A DNA stretch of 64,000 nucleotides from Ostreococcus lucimarinus (Eukaryota). Positions 20,077 to 30,400 of the stretch are shown piece by piece. Every line of letters begins with the position of its first letter. Positions within the stretch are counted from its first letter, which is position 1. The stretch lies in assembly GCA_000092065.1 (NCBI GenBank), contig CP000587.1; one strand, written 5' to 3'. The notes under the pieces were generated by a model. It was not told the origin of the DNA. It worked only from the letters and a program-made list of their open reading frames with translations, and did not search any database. The translations under genes and the position numbers were made by a program.

Positions 20077-20260
20077 GCGTCGCCAGGCACGCGCTCGAAT
20101 TGATTTTATAGCCCGTCGATCCATCTAACCACTTGAATTACGACGTCGTCGAACGTTTCGCCAACCTCCGCCGCGCGCGTCCGATTCAAACCGCGCGCCG
20201 TTTCAATCGCGCCCGCACACCGCGCCGCGCTCGGCCTCGAACGCCGCGACCACGCGACGC

Positions 20261-21337
20261 ATGATGATGAAGATCTCCCCGACGTCCTCGCGCACCGCCT
20301 GCGCGCGCGCGGCGATCCAATCCGCGTTCCGTCGCACCGACGCCGCGGCCGCGCCGTCGGCGCATCGGCTGTCGTCGAGCGCGCCCGCGCCGGCGTCGCT
20401 GCGCGCGTCCGCGTACGGACGACGACAGCGCTCGAGCGCGATGGTGGCGCGCGCGATGGCGGCGGAGATCATCGACGGGAAGGCGATCGCGCAGGCGGTG
20501 CGGGACGAAGTTCGAGACAAGGTGACGGCGATGCGAGCGAAAACCGGCAAGGCGCCGGGACTGGCGGTCGTGCTCGTCGGTGAGCGGAAAGACTCGCAAA
20601 CGTACGTGCGGTCGAAGAAAAAGGCGTGCGAAGAGGCGGGGATCGAGTCGTTCGGGACGGATTTGCCGGAAGACGCGACGGAGGAGGAGGTGCTCGCCGT
20701 CGTGGCGGCGTACAACGCGGATCCGAACGTACACGGCATTCTGGTGCAGTTGCCGATGCCGAAGCACATCAACGAGGAGCGCGTGCTCGGGGCGATCGAT
20801 TACGAAAAGGATGTCGATGGGTTTCACCCGCTGAACATCGGACGATTGTCGCAGCGTGGTCGCGAACCGTTGTTCGTGCCGTGCACGCCGCGCGGCTGCA
20901 TCGAACTCCTCGAGCGCACCGGCATCCCCATCGCGGGTAAAGAAGCCGTCGTCGTCGGGCGATCGAACGTCGTGGGCACGCCCGCTGCGCTTTTACTTCA
21001 GCGTCGAGACGCCACGGTGACGATCGTGCACTCGAGAACGCCGAACCCTGAGGAAATTTGTCGCCGAGCCGACATCGTCATCGCCGCGTGCGGGCAGATG
21101 GAAATGGTCAAAGGGTCTTGGCTCAAGCCCGGGTGCGCGGTGATCGACGTCGGAATCAACGCCAAGGACGACCCGAGCAAAAAGCGCGGCTACCGCTTGG
21201 TCGGTGACGTCGAGTACGACTCCGCGGCCGAGGTGGCGGGCCACATCACCCCCGTGCCGGGAGGCGTCGGTCCGATGACCATCGCGATTTTGTTGCAAAA
21301 CACGCTCGAAGGCGCGGAGCGCGCGTTCGGGCCGTGA
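20261..21337 (+). CDS. MTHFD: Bifunctional methylenetetrahydrofolate dehydrogenase/cyclohydrolase (FolD / MTHFD), with presequence
   Basis: IIDGKAIAQAVRDEVRDKV...LAVVLVGERKDSQTYVRSKKKACEEAGIES...HGILVQLPMP is the classic FolD signature. Also GKEAVVVGRSNVVGTPAALLL and PVPGGVGPMTIAILLQNT. Confidence 0.9.
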   Translation: MMMKISPTSSRTACARAAIQSAFRRTDAAAAPSAHRLSSSAPAPASLRASAYGRRQRSSAMVARAMAAEIIDGKAIAQAVRDEVRDKVTAMRAKTGKAPGLAVVLVGERKDSQTYVRSKKKACEEAGIESFGTDLPEDATEEEVLAVVAAYNADPNVHGILVQLPMPKHINEERVLGAIDYEKDVDGFHPLNIGRLSQRGREPLFVPCTPRGCIELLERTGIPIAGKEAVVVGRSNVVGTPAALLLQRRDATVTIVHSRTPNPEEICRRADIVIAACGQMEMVKGSWLKPGCAVIDVGINAKDDPSKKRGYRLVGDVEYDSAAEVAGHITPVPGGVGPMTIAILLQNTLEGAERAFGP

Positions 21338-21427
21338 GCCGTAGCCGATGCGTGATAATAACACACTACATTATTAGAAGAGCAAAAAGTAAGTCGCGTT
21401 TGTGCACACGAACGTCCGTGACGTTGC

Positions 21428-21438
21428 GAAAAAAAGAA
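21428..21438 (-). terminator. Pol III T-run terminator (TTCTTTTTTT) directly after the tRNA 3' end
   Basis: Plus strand aaaaaaagaa at 21428-21437. Confidence 0.55.
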
Positions 21439-21602
21439 TGCGGTTAACCGGGATCGAACCGGTGACCTTCGGATCGCTCTCCGACGTTCGTCGGGGAAGG
21501 GGAAGTGGGATCTTTATGATCTCAGTCGTGTTGATGTCGTGTTTGAGCTTCGAGAGCTGTACGTTATGAGACCGACGCTCTAACCAACTGAGCCATAACC
21601 GC
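21439..21602 (-). tRNA. Elongator tRNA-Met (anticodon CAT) with an intron of about 90 nt after the anticodon loop
   Basis: Minus strand: GCGGTTA TG GCTC AGTTGGTTA GAGC G TCGGT CTCATAA [intron about 21474-21563] TCCGA AGGTC ACCGG TTCGATC CCGGT TAACCGC A. The acceptor stem is a perfect 7 bp with G1:C72. The D stem is 4 bp and the T loop is TTCGATC. A T-run lies immediately 3' and a TATA-like element about 25 nt 5'. Confidence 0.6.
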
Positions 21603-21618
21603 TAGGCTTACGAAACCC

Positions 21619-21628
21619 TATTATATAG
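21619..21628 (-). promoter_or_regulatory. TATA-like element (CTATATAAT) about 25 nt upstream of the tRNA 5' end
   Basis: Plus strand attatatag. Confidence 0.35.
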
Positions 21629-21760
21629 GATCTCCATGTGTAAAAAGGCGATAAATTTAAAGTCCCGGGCGCGCGCGCGCGCGCGCGCGTCGTGTTACGG
21701 TTTCGCGCGCGCGCGACGCGCCGCCGCCGCCGCCGACGGCGTCACTCCCGCGCGCGCGCG

Positions 21761-23113
21761 ATGCTCGCGTCGTCGCTCAGCGCGTCTCGCGCCGTCGCGC
21801 CGCGCGCCTCGCGCGCGTTCCGCGACGCCCGATCGAGCGCGCGTCGCACCGCGCGACGCGCGCGCGCGCCCGCGCGCGTCGCCGCCAAGCTCGAGGACAC
21901 GCCGAAATTCGTCCGCGATTCGCGCGACGACGCCAAGGCGGCGCAGCCGCCGGACGCGGGACGAACGGCGGCGGACGTCGAGGCGTTTATCGCCGATCTC
22001 TCGGGCGACGCGAGGGGGGACTCGCCGGTGACGCAGACGCTGAACAAGGAGTTTGGATTGTCGGACGGCGCGACGCCGTTCGTGCGCGTGCGCGACGGAC
22101 GAGGGTCGCTGACCAAGGTGACGCTGACGCACCCGAACGGATCGTACGTGGACGTGTATTTGAAGGGAGGAAACGTCGCGAGCTGGGTGCTGGCGTCGGG
22201 GGGGGAGGTGCTGTACGTGCCGGATGATGCGAGCTTTAAAAAGCACGCGCCGACGGACGGGGGAAACCCCGTGTGCTTTCCGCAATTCGGCGCGGGAGGC
22301 GAACGACCGGGGTCCGTGGGAGCGGCGAAGATGCCGGAGGACGGATTCGCGAACCGAATGGAATGGCGAATCGGCGAGACGGGGACGTACGCGTCGAGCG
22401 ATGGAACGTCGTGCCCGTTCGTGACGCTCGAGTTGACGGACGACGACTCGAGTCGCGCCGCGTTCAATCACAACTTCAAGTTGACGCAAGAAATTTCGCT
22501 CGAGCACAACGCGTTGAAGGTGAAGATGACGTGCGCGAATACCGGTTCGACGGCGTTTGAGTACGCGATCGGACGCAAGGCACACATTGCGGTGAGCGAC
22601 GTGCGCGAGGGCGACGTGTATTACGTCGGTTTCGAAGACTGCGTCGTCCTGGACAACTGTTTGCACCCGACCAAGCCGCGCGTTCGGTTCACCAAGGACC
22701 TAGACGCCATGTCCGAACGTTGTTTCAAGCTCGACGGTCCGACGGATAAGGTGTACTTGGCCACGGAAGATCTCGCCACGGGTGTCGAAGTTGGCACCGG
22801 GTGCACCGTGTTCGCCCAAAACCTCTCGGGCGAGCGCGGATGCGTGGACCGCGCGGTGTTCAACCCGTGGGAAGCGTCGCCGAAGACGTACCGCTGGTAC
22901 GCTGGATTAGGCATAGGTAACTTTGGCAAGCTTCGCGTGGCGGAACCGGACACGAAGTCGTCCACGGAGATTCAATACAAAGTCGTGGACTCCACGCCGA
23001 GCATCGGCATTCGCGAAGATTTCGAGTTGTTCGAAAAGGTGAACGCGCGCAACATGTTCGCGCGGCCGAAGATTGATTTGAGCAACGCCGAGCTGCCGGA
23101 TGACATGCAGTAA
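21761..23113 (+). CDS. Glucose-6-phosphate 1-epimerase (aldose-1-epimerase family, YMR099c-like) with N-terminal targeting-like extension
   Basis: GSLTKVTLTHPNGSYVDVYLKGGNVASWV...GGNPVCFPQFG is the family motif GG.P.CFPQFG. Ser/Arg-rich presequence MLASSLSASRAVAPRASRAF. ATG at 21761. Confidence 0.8.
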   Translation: MLASSLSASRAVAPRASRAFRDARSSARRTARRARAPARVAAKLEDTPKFVRDSRDDAKAAQPPDAGRTAADVEAFIADLSGDARGDSPVTQTLNKEFGLSDGATPFVRVRDGRGSLTKVTLTHPNGSYVDVYLKGGNVASWVLASGGEVLYVPDDASFKKHAPTDGGNPVCFPQFGAGGERPGSVGAAKMPEDGFANRMEWRIGETGTYASSDGTSCPFVTLELTDDDSSRAAFNHNFKLTQEISLEHNALKVKMTCANTGSTAFEYAIGRKAHIAVSDVREGDVYYVGFEDCVVLDNCLHPTKPRVRFTKDLDAMSERCFKLDGPTDKVYLATEDLATGVEVGTGCTVFAQNLSGERGCVDRAVFNPWEASPKTYRWYAGLGIGNFGKLRVAEPDTKSSTEIQYKVVDSTPSIGIREDFELFEKVNARNMFARPKIDLSNAELPDDMQ

Positions 23114-23270
23114 TTAGTCGAGATTCCAGGAGGAGTCGTGTAAGCAATATTAGAAGTTTTCATTCGAAACGTCGACTAATGAACGGCGCGCTAGTACGTT
23201 CGAACTCCAAAAGACGACGCGGATTTGCTAATGATGGCAGATACGCGCGAGCGAGCGACATTGTGCGCGC

Positions 23271-24017
23271 TCACGTCGGCGCCGCCGCCGCATCGCCCGC
23301 GTACTCGCCCGGCGGCTTGAGATCCGGCCAGTCGCCTCGACATCCGAACCGCACGTACAAATTCTTCTTCCCGCACAACTGATCGTCCGCGTCCACCAAA
23401 GCGTCGATCCCCGCCAACACCTGATCCGCCGCGGCTTCACCGTCGACGGCGACCCCTTTCTTCACCACCACGCGCACCTCGCTCAGCTCGTACGCCTGCC
23501 GCTGCGGCGCGCTCTCGTCCGCCCCCTCCGCGTCCACCCACACCGTTATCGCCCCGAACAACCACGTCCAGCAGTCCCCTCGCGCGGTCGCGCCCCGTCC
23601 TCCCCCGCACGTCGCCACGCACAGCCTCAAAAACGTCGCCAACTGTTCGTGCGCGCTATTCTCCAGCACCAACGCCTTCGCGTCCTCGCTCATGTCGTCG
23701 TCGTCGTCCATCGTCATCCCCTCCTCCGCCCCTCTCGCCATCGTGCTCTCCAGCAGCGCCGGCACGCTCACGGGCGAGTACGCCAACCGCACCGCGAGCG
23801 CTCGCGCGACGACGTCGTTCGCGTCGGCGTCATCACCGACCACGACGACGCTCACGCCCTTGAGCTTCGCGGCGACGGTTTCGCCTTTCGTCGCGCGCGT
23901 CGCCGTCGCGCGCGCCCGCGCGCCGGTCCGCGCGCCGCGACTCGCGTCCTTCTTCCGTCCCGCGCCCGCGGCGGGCGCGCCGCGCGGGTGCACCGCGCCG
24001 AGGGACGCGGCGACCAT
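23271..24017 (-). CDS. Hypothetical protein (248 aa, acidic DDDDDMSED patch); no family recognised
   Basis: Genuine ATG and protein-like composition. The opposite-strand ORFs here are Arg-rich or low-complexity. Confidence 0.4.
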   Translation of the reverse strand: MVAASLGAVHPRGAPAAGAGRKKDASRGARTGARARATATRATKGETVAAKLKGVSVVVVGDDADANDVVARALAVRLAYSPVSVPALLESTMARGAEEGMTMDDDDDMSEDAKALVLENSAHEQLATFLRLCVATCGGGRGATARGDCWTWLFGAITVWVDAEGADESAPQRQAYELSEVRVVVKKGVAVDGEAAADQVLAGIDALVDADDQLCGKKNLYVRFGCRGDWPDLKPPGEYAGDAAAAPT

Positions 24018-24152
24018 GAGACGCGCTCGGGTTTGCGGACCAGCCGCGGCGCGGCGAGCGAAAGGCGAACGAACGGCGAACGAACGGCGGTCATCGAACG
24101 ACGCGCGCGTCGAGGACTCGGAATCGGCGCGAGAAAAAATGAGAAATCGTCG

Positions 24153-26567
24153 TTACGCCGCGAACGCGCGCGAGAGAACGTCTCGCGAGCGGTCGAGCTG
24201 GCGCCGAAGACGCGCTCGCGAGAGGCGTAAATCGTCGAGCGCGCGACGCTCGCGAGACGTCTTGTCCGCGTGAAGACGCGCGTTGCGGTCGAGACGCGCG
24301 GCGATGGCGGCGGCTTCGCTGATGTCTTCTCGCGTTCGAGCGGAAACTGCGCTGGATGAGGCCTGAGGGCCGGTGTGGAAGAGGAAGCTTTGAAGACGCT
24401 TGCTCACGCGGAGGAGGGCGACTTCGACGGCTCGGGCGTCGACGTCTTCGCACCGTAATCGAAGGACGCGCGTTTCCCACTTCACACGCTCGATTTCATC
24501 TCTTGTTGTCGCGTTCGCGCGCTCAGCGCGCGCTTTGGCGGCGTAGGATTCACGAAGCTTTGCGTTGATGGCGTCGATGCGCGCCTTGGGCACGAGGATG
24601 ACGTCGTCTCGCTCGAGCGCGTCGGCGGTGGATTTTAATGGAATCTCCACGTATCCGCGATCGAGATGCGCGGCGCAATCGATGTCATACGCTCGAGTCC
24701 ATCGTGCCGATTGCGCCGTCTTTCGATCGTGTTCGTGCCGATTGGCGATGTCTGCCAGCTCTCGCGCGGTTGCCTCGAGCGCGCGCATCTTCTCCGTCGT
24801 GCGCGCGTGCGCGTCTTTGGCGTCTCGGAGCTCGCGCTCGAGCGTCGCGCGTTTCGCGCGCGCCAACACTAGGAATCCCCACCACCGATCGTCTAACCTT
24901 TGAGGGAAAACAGGAATCTTCTTACTCGCGGCTTCTTCAACCGTGCGTGCGATGGCGTCTTGACGTTGATACAACGCCTGCAGCGCGTCCAAATGCACGC
25001 TGCTCGCCGGATGATCTTGCACTTCGCGTCTGAACGCACGCTGAGCCGCCTTCAACGCGAATGTGGCCGAATCTAACAGTCGCTGTGTTTCCTCAACGTT
25101 CGCCGCATACTCACGCACGATTTCTGTCGCGCGATGAACATCCGAGAGCGCCTCTCGAACGCGCGCTGCCTCCTCGTCGGATTTGCCGTCGAAATCGCCC
25201 GCGAGATGGCGCTCGTGGAGCCGTCGAGCTATACGCGCGCGCCGCAAGTCAAACATAACGATCGCAAACTCGGTATTTTCGCGCTCGATCGCGAGGTCTC
25301 GAATTCTTTGATTGTACGCGCCGGTGATCTCGCTCGCCTCTTGAAATAACTTTCTCAGAGCGAGTCGCGTCGCCACTCTCCACTCGTCTCGAGCGCGACG
25401 TTTGTTTTGCAACATTTGTTGATACGTCGCCAGCGTGCCCATTTGATCCCCAGTGAGCGAACGCAGTTTTCGCAACTCTTCGGGATCACGATCATCGTCG
25501 CTCGGCGCGAGAAACTCGGGACGTTCGATGCGCGCGGTCGCCGCCGCCGTGCTCTCGAAATCCTGGCGCTTGTCGCACGCCTCCGCGTCGATGCGCCCTG
25601 TTTCGTCCACTATGATATCATCACCCATCATCGTTTTCAGAACGTTTGCAACGCCTTCGTCCGAATGCATGATTGATGTTTGATCAGTCCCCGCACCTTC
25701 GCTTGGTCCGCCATCCTCCGCCTTCCCGCTCCCAGCGAGCGATTGGATGCGCCACTCGCTCGCGTCGTCGCCGTCGGCGACGATTGCTCGCATCGCTGCC
25801 GAGTCCCACCACTCCGTCAATGTGTCCGCTTCGGTGGCAACGAGCGCATCATCGTTATTCACATCAGGAAACGATTTACGAGCGGCGCACACCCTGCGAT
25901 CGATCGAGCGTAGACGCTCGATTATCTCGCCTCGCTGTGCGAGCGCCGATGCGTGCTCGGCGTTGAATTCTTCGCGCGCAGACGCGGCTCGACATCGCAA
26001 CGTGTGACACTGCGTCATCATCCGTCTAGGATACACCAAGTCCGCGCACGCGTGCATAGTCTCTCGCACTCGCATCGTCGCCGAAGAGGCCGTGCCGGAG
26101 GAATCATCGTCGTTCGTCGTCGCCTTCGCGCGTCGCTGCGACTCGAGCTCGAGCTCGACGCGACGAAGCACCCTCGCCTTGACCCCTCTCATCTCCCTCG
26201 CCTCGCGCGTCGCGCTCAAGGGGAAATTCCACACCTTTGGTGCCGTCTTGCGATCGAATCCGCGCGCCGTCGTCGCGAACGCGCGCACGTCCATCGTGAG
26301 TCGACGCACTTTCGCCTCGTTGGCGCGGCGAAGCGTCGCGAGTGATTCTTTGGCGTCATCGATGATTCGTCGCACGTAAGCGTCATACACGAGCTCTACC
26401 GCCGCCGTAGCGTCGGCGTCGATGGTGATATCGACATCTCGCGATTTAGCGCGCGTTGAGACGTCGTTGACGTCGGTGCGCAAGCGATGGAGTCGGGATC
26501 TGAGGGACGCCGCGCGCGCGCGTTGTCCATTCGTCTTCTCGGGACGGGACGGGTCGAGCGAAGACAT
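24153..26567 (-). CDS. About 800-aa coiled-coil protein (E/R/A-rich heptads throughout); family not recognised
   Basis: Continuous 2.4-kb ORF. The first plausible ATG (MSSLDPSRPEK) is at 26567. The first 57 residues of the track ORF are probably 5' read-through. Confidence 0.5.
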   Translation of the reverse strand: MSSLDPSRPEKTNGQRARAASLRSRLHRLRTDVNDVSTRAKSRDVDITIDADATAAVELVYDAYVRRIIDDAKESLATLRRANEAKVRRLTMDVRAFATTARGFDRKTAPKVWNFPLSATREAREMRGVKARVLRRVELELESQRRAKATTNDDDSSGTASSATMRVRETMHACADLVYPRRMMTQCHTLRCRAASAREEFNAEHASALAQRGEIIERLRSIDRRVCAARKSFPDVNNDDALVATEADTLTEWWDSAAMRAIVADGDDASEWRIQSLAGSGKAEDGGPSEGAGTDQTSIMHSDEGVANVLKTMMGDDIIVDETGRIDAEACDKRQDFESTAAATARIERPEFLAPSDDDRDPEELRKLRSLTGDQMGTLATYQQMLQNKRRARDEWRVATRLALRKLFQEASEITGAYNQRIRDLAIERENTEFAIVMFDLRRARIARRLHERHLAGDFDGKSDEEAARVREALSDVHRATEIVREYAANVEETQRLLDSATFALKAAQRAFRREVQDHPASSVHLDALQALYQRQDAIARTVEEAASKKIPVFPQRLDDRWWGFLVLARAKRATLERELRDAKDAHARTTEKMRALEATARELADIANRHEHDRKTAQSARWTRAYDIDCAAHLDRGYVEIPLKSTADALERDDVILVPKARIDAINAKLRESYAAKARAERANATTRDEIERVKWETRVLRLRCEDVDARAVEVALLRVSKRLQSFLFHTGPQASSSAVSARTREDISEAAAIAARLDRNARLHADKTSRERRALDDLRLSRARLRRQLDRSRDVLSRAFAA

Positions 26568-26801
26568 TCTTCGTGTTTCGCACGCGAGCGAACGCGAACG
26601 AGCGAGTGAATTGAACTCGCGAGAAGCCGTGCCGCGCACGACGACGACGATGAGTAAAGACTGTGCGCCGAGCGTTCTAAATTTGGTATCCACGCTAACA
26701 ACGAGGCGGTTGCCGTAACGATCGATGATCCAAAACAATCACGATCACGATCACTCACGGCGTTCGCCACGACATCTACCCAACTAATGACTAAGGAGAG
26801 A

Positions 26802-27385
26802 TCACTTCCCGTACACGCTCCCGCCGAGGGAACCGCCGAACGAACCGCCGACAGAACCTTTCCCGTCGCCTCCGTCTTCCTCCCGCTGAATCGCCTCGCG
26901 TCGTTCTAAAAACTTACTCACCGCCTGATCCACCGCATCGCGTCCCGTGAGCAACAGCCTGTTCACCATCTCTGGATCACGCTCGAGTCGTCCTGCCTCG
27001 AACTCTTTCCTCGCGGAATCGCGTATGACGTCGCGCCACACCCGTCCGCGCTCGTCCCGCCACACGAAGAACACCGACGCGCGTATAACGGCGCGATATA
27101 GACTCAGCGCCTCTTTGCGAGTCGTCAGCAGCGCTTGACGTACGTGGTTCTCGTCGTTTTTTAAGTACTCGCCGCGTTTATGGTCCTGCGCGCGACGACA
27201 GGACGTCAGAAGTTGCTTTCGAGCGGGACATCACGCGCACGCACCAGATTAGCTTCGATGATTTCTATCGTTTTCCCGCCGTCTTTGTCGTCTTCGTTGA
27301 GCGATGCGCGCGACGACGAGGCGACAGCGCGCGATGAGCGCGCGGCGGCGCGCGAGAGAGCGGCGAGGCGAATGAGGTCTCGCAT
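26802..27385 (-). CDS. LYR-motif (Complex1_LYR / ISD11-LYRM-like) protein, two exons 27385-27245 and 27185-26802, with a G/S-rich C-terminal tail
   Basis: The upstream in-frame region has no ATG, so the exon model is inferred. Exon 1 (MRDLIRLAALSRAAARSSRAVASSS..., presequence-like) joins exon 2 (DHKRGEYLKNDENHVRQALLTTRKEALSLYRAVIRAS...VWRDVIRDSARKEF..DPEMV) in frame. The LYR tripeptide lies within LSLYRAV. Confidence 0.6.
27186..27244 (-). other. Short spliceosomal intron (59 nt) in the LYR gene
   Basis: Minus strand GTGCGTGCGCGtgatgtcccgctcgaaagcaacttCTGACgtcctgtcgtcgcgcgcAG. The donor is the same 11-mer as the bL27 intron. CTGAC lies 18 nt before the AG. Phase 0. Confidence 0.65.
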
Positions 27386-27462
27386 CTCGCGAGCGCCGCG
27401 TCGCTGTGTGGCGCTCCGGCGGAAAAAATGGCGCGTGTACGCATTAAAGAATGGTCTAGTGA

Positions 27463-30400
27463 CTAGCAGATGTGACTATCCAAATGTGTGCGCTCGATAT
27501 CTCGTGTGTTCCGCGCTCTCGCCGCCTCGGCGGCGTCGGCGCGTTGCTTCAAATTTTTCGCCGACGCCTCGCCGGTTTCGGCGACGAGCTGGGAAAAGAT
27601 GGAGTTCGGATCGGCGAGCATCGCGGACGGTGAGTCCATGGCGACTAGGTTACCAGCCTGGAGACAGACAACTTGATGGTTTTCGATGATGGTGTTGATG
27701 CGGTGGGCGATGGTCAAGATGGTGCAATTGACGAATTCCGTCGCGATGACTTTTTGCATGTTATCGTCCGTCTCGGTGTCAACGCTCGCTGTGGCTTCGT
27801 CGAGGCATACCACCTTGGTATCTCGCAGCATCGCTCGCGCGAGACACAGCATTTGTCGTTGACCGGCGGAATAGTTGCCTCCAAATTCTTCCACTGGGGC
27901 GTCGAGACCGAGGCCTTGTTTGCCGATGAAGTCCTTGCACTTGACGTGCTCCAAAACGTACCACAGCTTTTCATCCGTGTACTCGTTGAACGGGTCGAGG
28001 TTGTAACGAATTGTGCCGCTGAACAGAACGGGATCTTGGGGAATGCAAGTGATGGACGACCGCAAACGCTTGAGCGAAATCGTAGAGATATCGATACCGT
28101 CTAGCCAGATGGAACCGGCCGTGGGCTCGCACAGGCGCCATAACGCGACGAGCAGAGAACTCTTCCCACTGCCGGTTCTACCGCAGATTCCCACCTTGTG
28201 CCCCGGTTGGACTTCGAACGAAATACCATTGAGCACAAGAGGGAGCTCGGATCGGTATCGCATCTGTAACTTTTCAAATCTCAAGCCCCCTTGCGAAGGC
28301 CACTCCGGCGGCGGCTCTTCCACGACGCCGTGCGCCGCCATCGCACCTGTTTCCTCCTCTGACGGCAGCCTCGTGTACTCGTCGATGCGCTCGACGCTCA
28401 CCATTTGCGATTCGAGCTCGGACACGATGCGAATCACCCAGGATAAAACACCGGTGATGTCGATGGCGTAAGTAACCGCCAAACCGATGAGCGCAGCGTC
28501 GAGCGAATCTCGTGAATACACCGCAACGCACGCGACGACAAGAGTGAGCGAGTTGCCAATCGTTTCGAGACGCACTGGGAGCCAGCGCTCGCAGCAACAC
28601 TTTTGAGTGTAATCAGCGATTTGATTAGCGCCAATTCGCTGCTCGTTTTCCGTGATGAAACGACGTTGATGGCCAAAGGCACGAATTGTACTCAAACCGC
28701 CTAGCGTCTCTCCGAAGTGGGCAAACACTGGCGAGCCACTGATGGCGTCCAAACGCTTGGCCTCGCGATAACCAGGTCGGTAGTACATTTGAATGTAAAA
28801 GTAAACGGCAAAGATCGGCACCATGAAAGGAAGCAGTATCGGCATGATCCATCCCATGACGACGATGGTGCCGAAGAGTAAAAGCCCAAACGACATCACG
28901 GAAGATACCGACTGTCCGATGATATTATCGAGAGCGTTGGTATCTTTGCTGAATCTTTGAATTACGCGGCCCAGCGGTGTGGTGTCAAAGAAACTCATTC
29001 GCGTGTCCATCACCGACTGCAAGAGTTTCAAGTGTAATCCCGTCGCGGCGGTGAGCGCAGCCACGACCCAGGCAAACGTTCGAATCCAAGCGATGAACGC
29101 TGAGACAATTCCGATCGCGCTATATCCACCAAGATAGACCGTTTGACCGAGATTCCACTTTTGTTGCGACCAGTACGCGAGCCAGACGTTGGTGAAGACG
29201 CTCAAAGCGCGTTCAGCGATGGTGATGAACATCAAGAATGAAAACGTCCAAAACCTCCCGCCCATCGCATTGATGTACGCCTTGTACACGTTCATCTTCA
29301 CGGACCCTTCTTCGCGCTTCTCGATATTCTGTTTTGCCTTGTCTTTCTGCAACGACATCGTTTGTTTCATGTCTTTTGATACGGAGGTATCGACTACTTC
29401 TTCTTTCGTGGTCTCAGCTTTTTGTGTGCCGCGGTACGATCGCATCATTTGTTGGAATACCGGCCCCTTGTCCATCAGTTCAGAGTACTTGCCCGATTCA
29501 ACTACCTCACCGTCTTTCATGACGAGAATATTGTCGGCAAACTCGGTGAACTGCAGCTGGTGCGTGACGAGCAAGACAGCGCTGGATCGCAAGACGCCAC
29601 GGATGCAGCGCTTGAACACATCCTTAGCCACGTGCGCGTCCAAAGCCGACAAAGGATCGTCTAAAATAGCGATCTCTGCGTCAGCATAGACCGCGCGCGC
29701 GATCGCCGTGCGTTGCTTCTGACCGCCACTAAGGGTGATGCCCTTTTCGCCGATTTCAGTGTCATCACCGTTCGGTAAAAGGTTAATGTCTGCCTCCATG
29801 CACGCCGCTTCGAGCGCCTGATGATATTTCTCTTCATCGTATCGCTTGCCGAAGAGCACGTTGTCACGGAGAGACATTGATTGTACCCACGCAGTTTGTG
29901 CGACATAAGACACCGTTGCATCGATTGTGACACTGGCTCCGTCTCTGGCGCTCATTTCGCCGAGAAGCGCGGATATAAGCGCCGTCTTCCCCGCGCCGAC
30001 GGCGCCGACGACGATGGTCAATTCACCTCTTTTGAGCTCGAAGTTGATGTCGCGCAAAAAAGGAACTGTCGGGTTGACTTTGTCGACAATCTCGTCTTTT
30101 TTCGCATCACTTACTTTCTCCGCTTCTTTCTCTTTCACTTCGACGTCCGGATCGGACCAAGAAAAAGTACCGCGCGTCATGCGCGCGAGGACGTCGCCCT
30201 TCTTGCCAACCTTTGTAGTCTCCACGACTTGGTCAAAATCGTCCTTGCGTTCAAACTCCACAGTCTTCGTCGTCGCCGACGCTTCGGGGAGCATGAAATA
30301 CTTCTGTAGACGCTGCAGCGAGGACACGGCGTCTGCGCACTGCGCCAAGCATCGAGGATAGAACAAAATCGGAAATCGAAGCAGATTGAACAGCGTCAAC

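Noticed and set aside
18188-20124. Track ORFs 18188-18946 (+) and 19105-20124 (-), plus the duplicated antisense ORFs 18137-18442 and 19119-19379
   Set aside because: 18188-18946 is simply the frame of bL27 exon 2 extended upstream through the intron. The minus-strand ORFs are antisense of the bL27 genes. Their identical translations only reflect the 186-bp identical tract.
23271-24017. Possible shikimate-kinase-like or P-loop kinase identity for the 248-aa hypothetical protein
   Set aside because: The segment KGVSVVVVGDDADANDVVARALA is superficially kinase-like but lacks a GxxxxGK[ST] Walker A. The resemblance is too weak to call, so it is kept as hypothetical.
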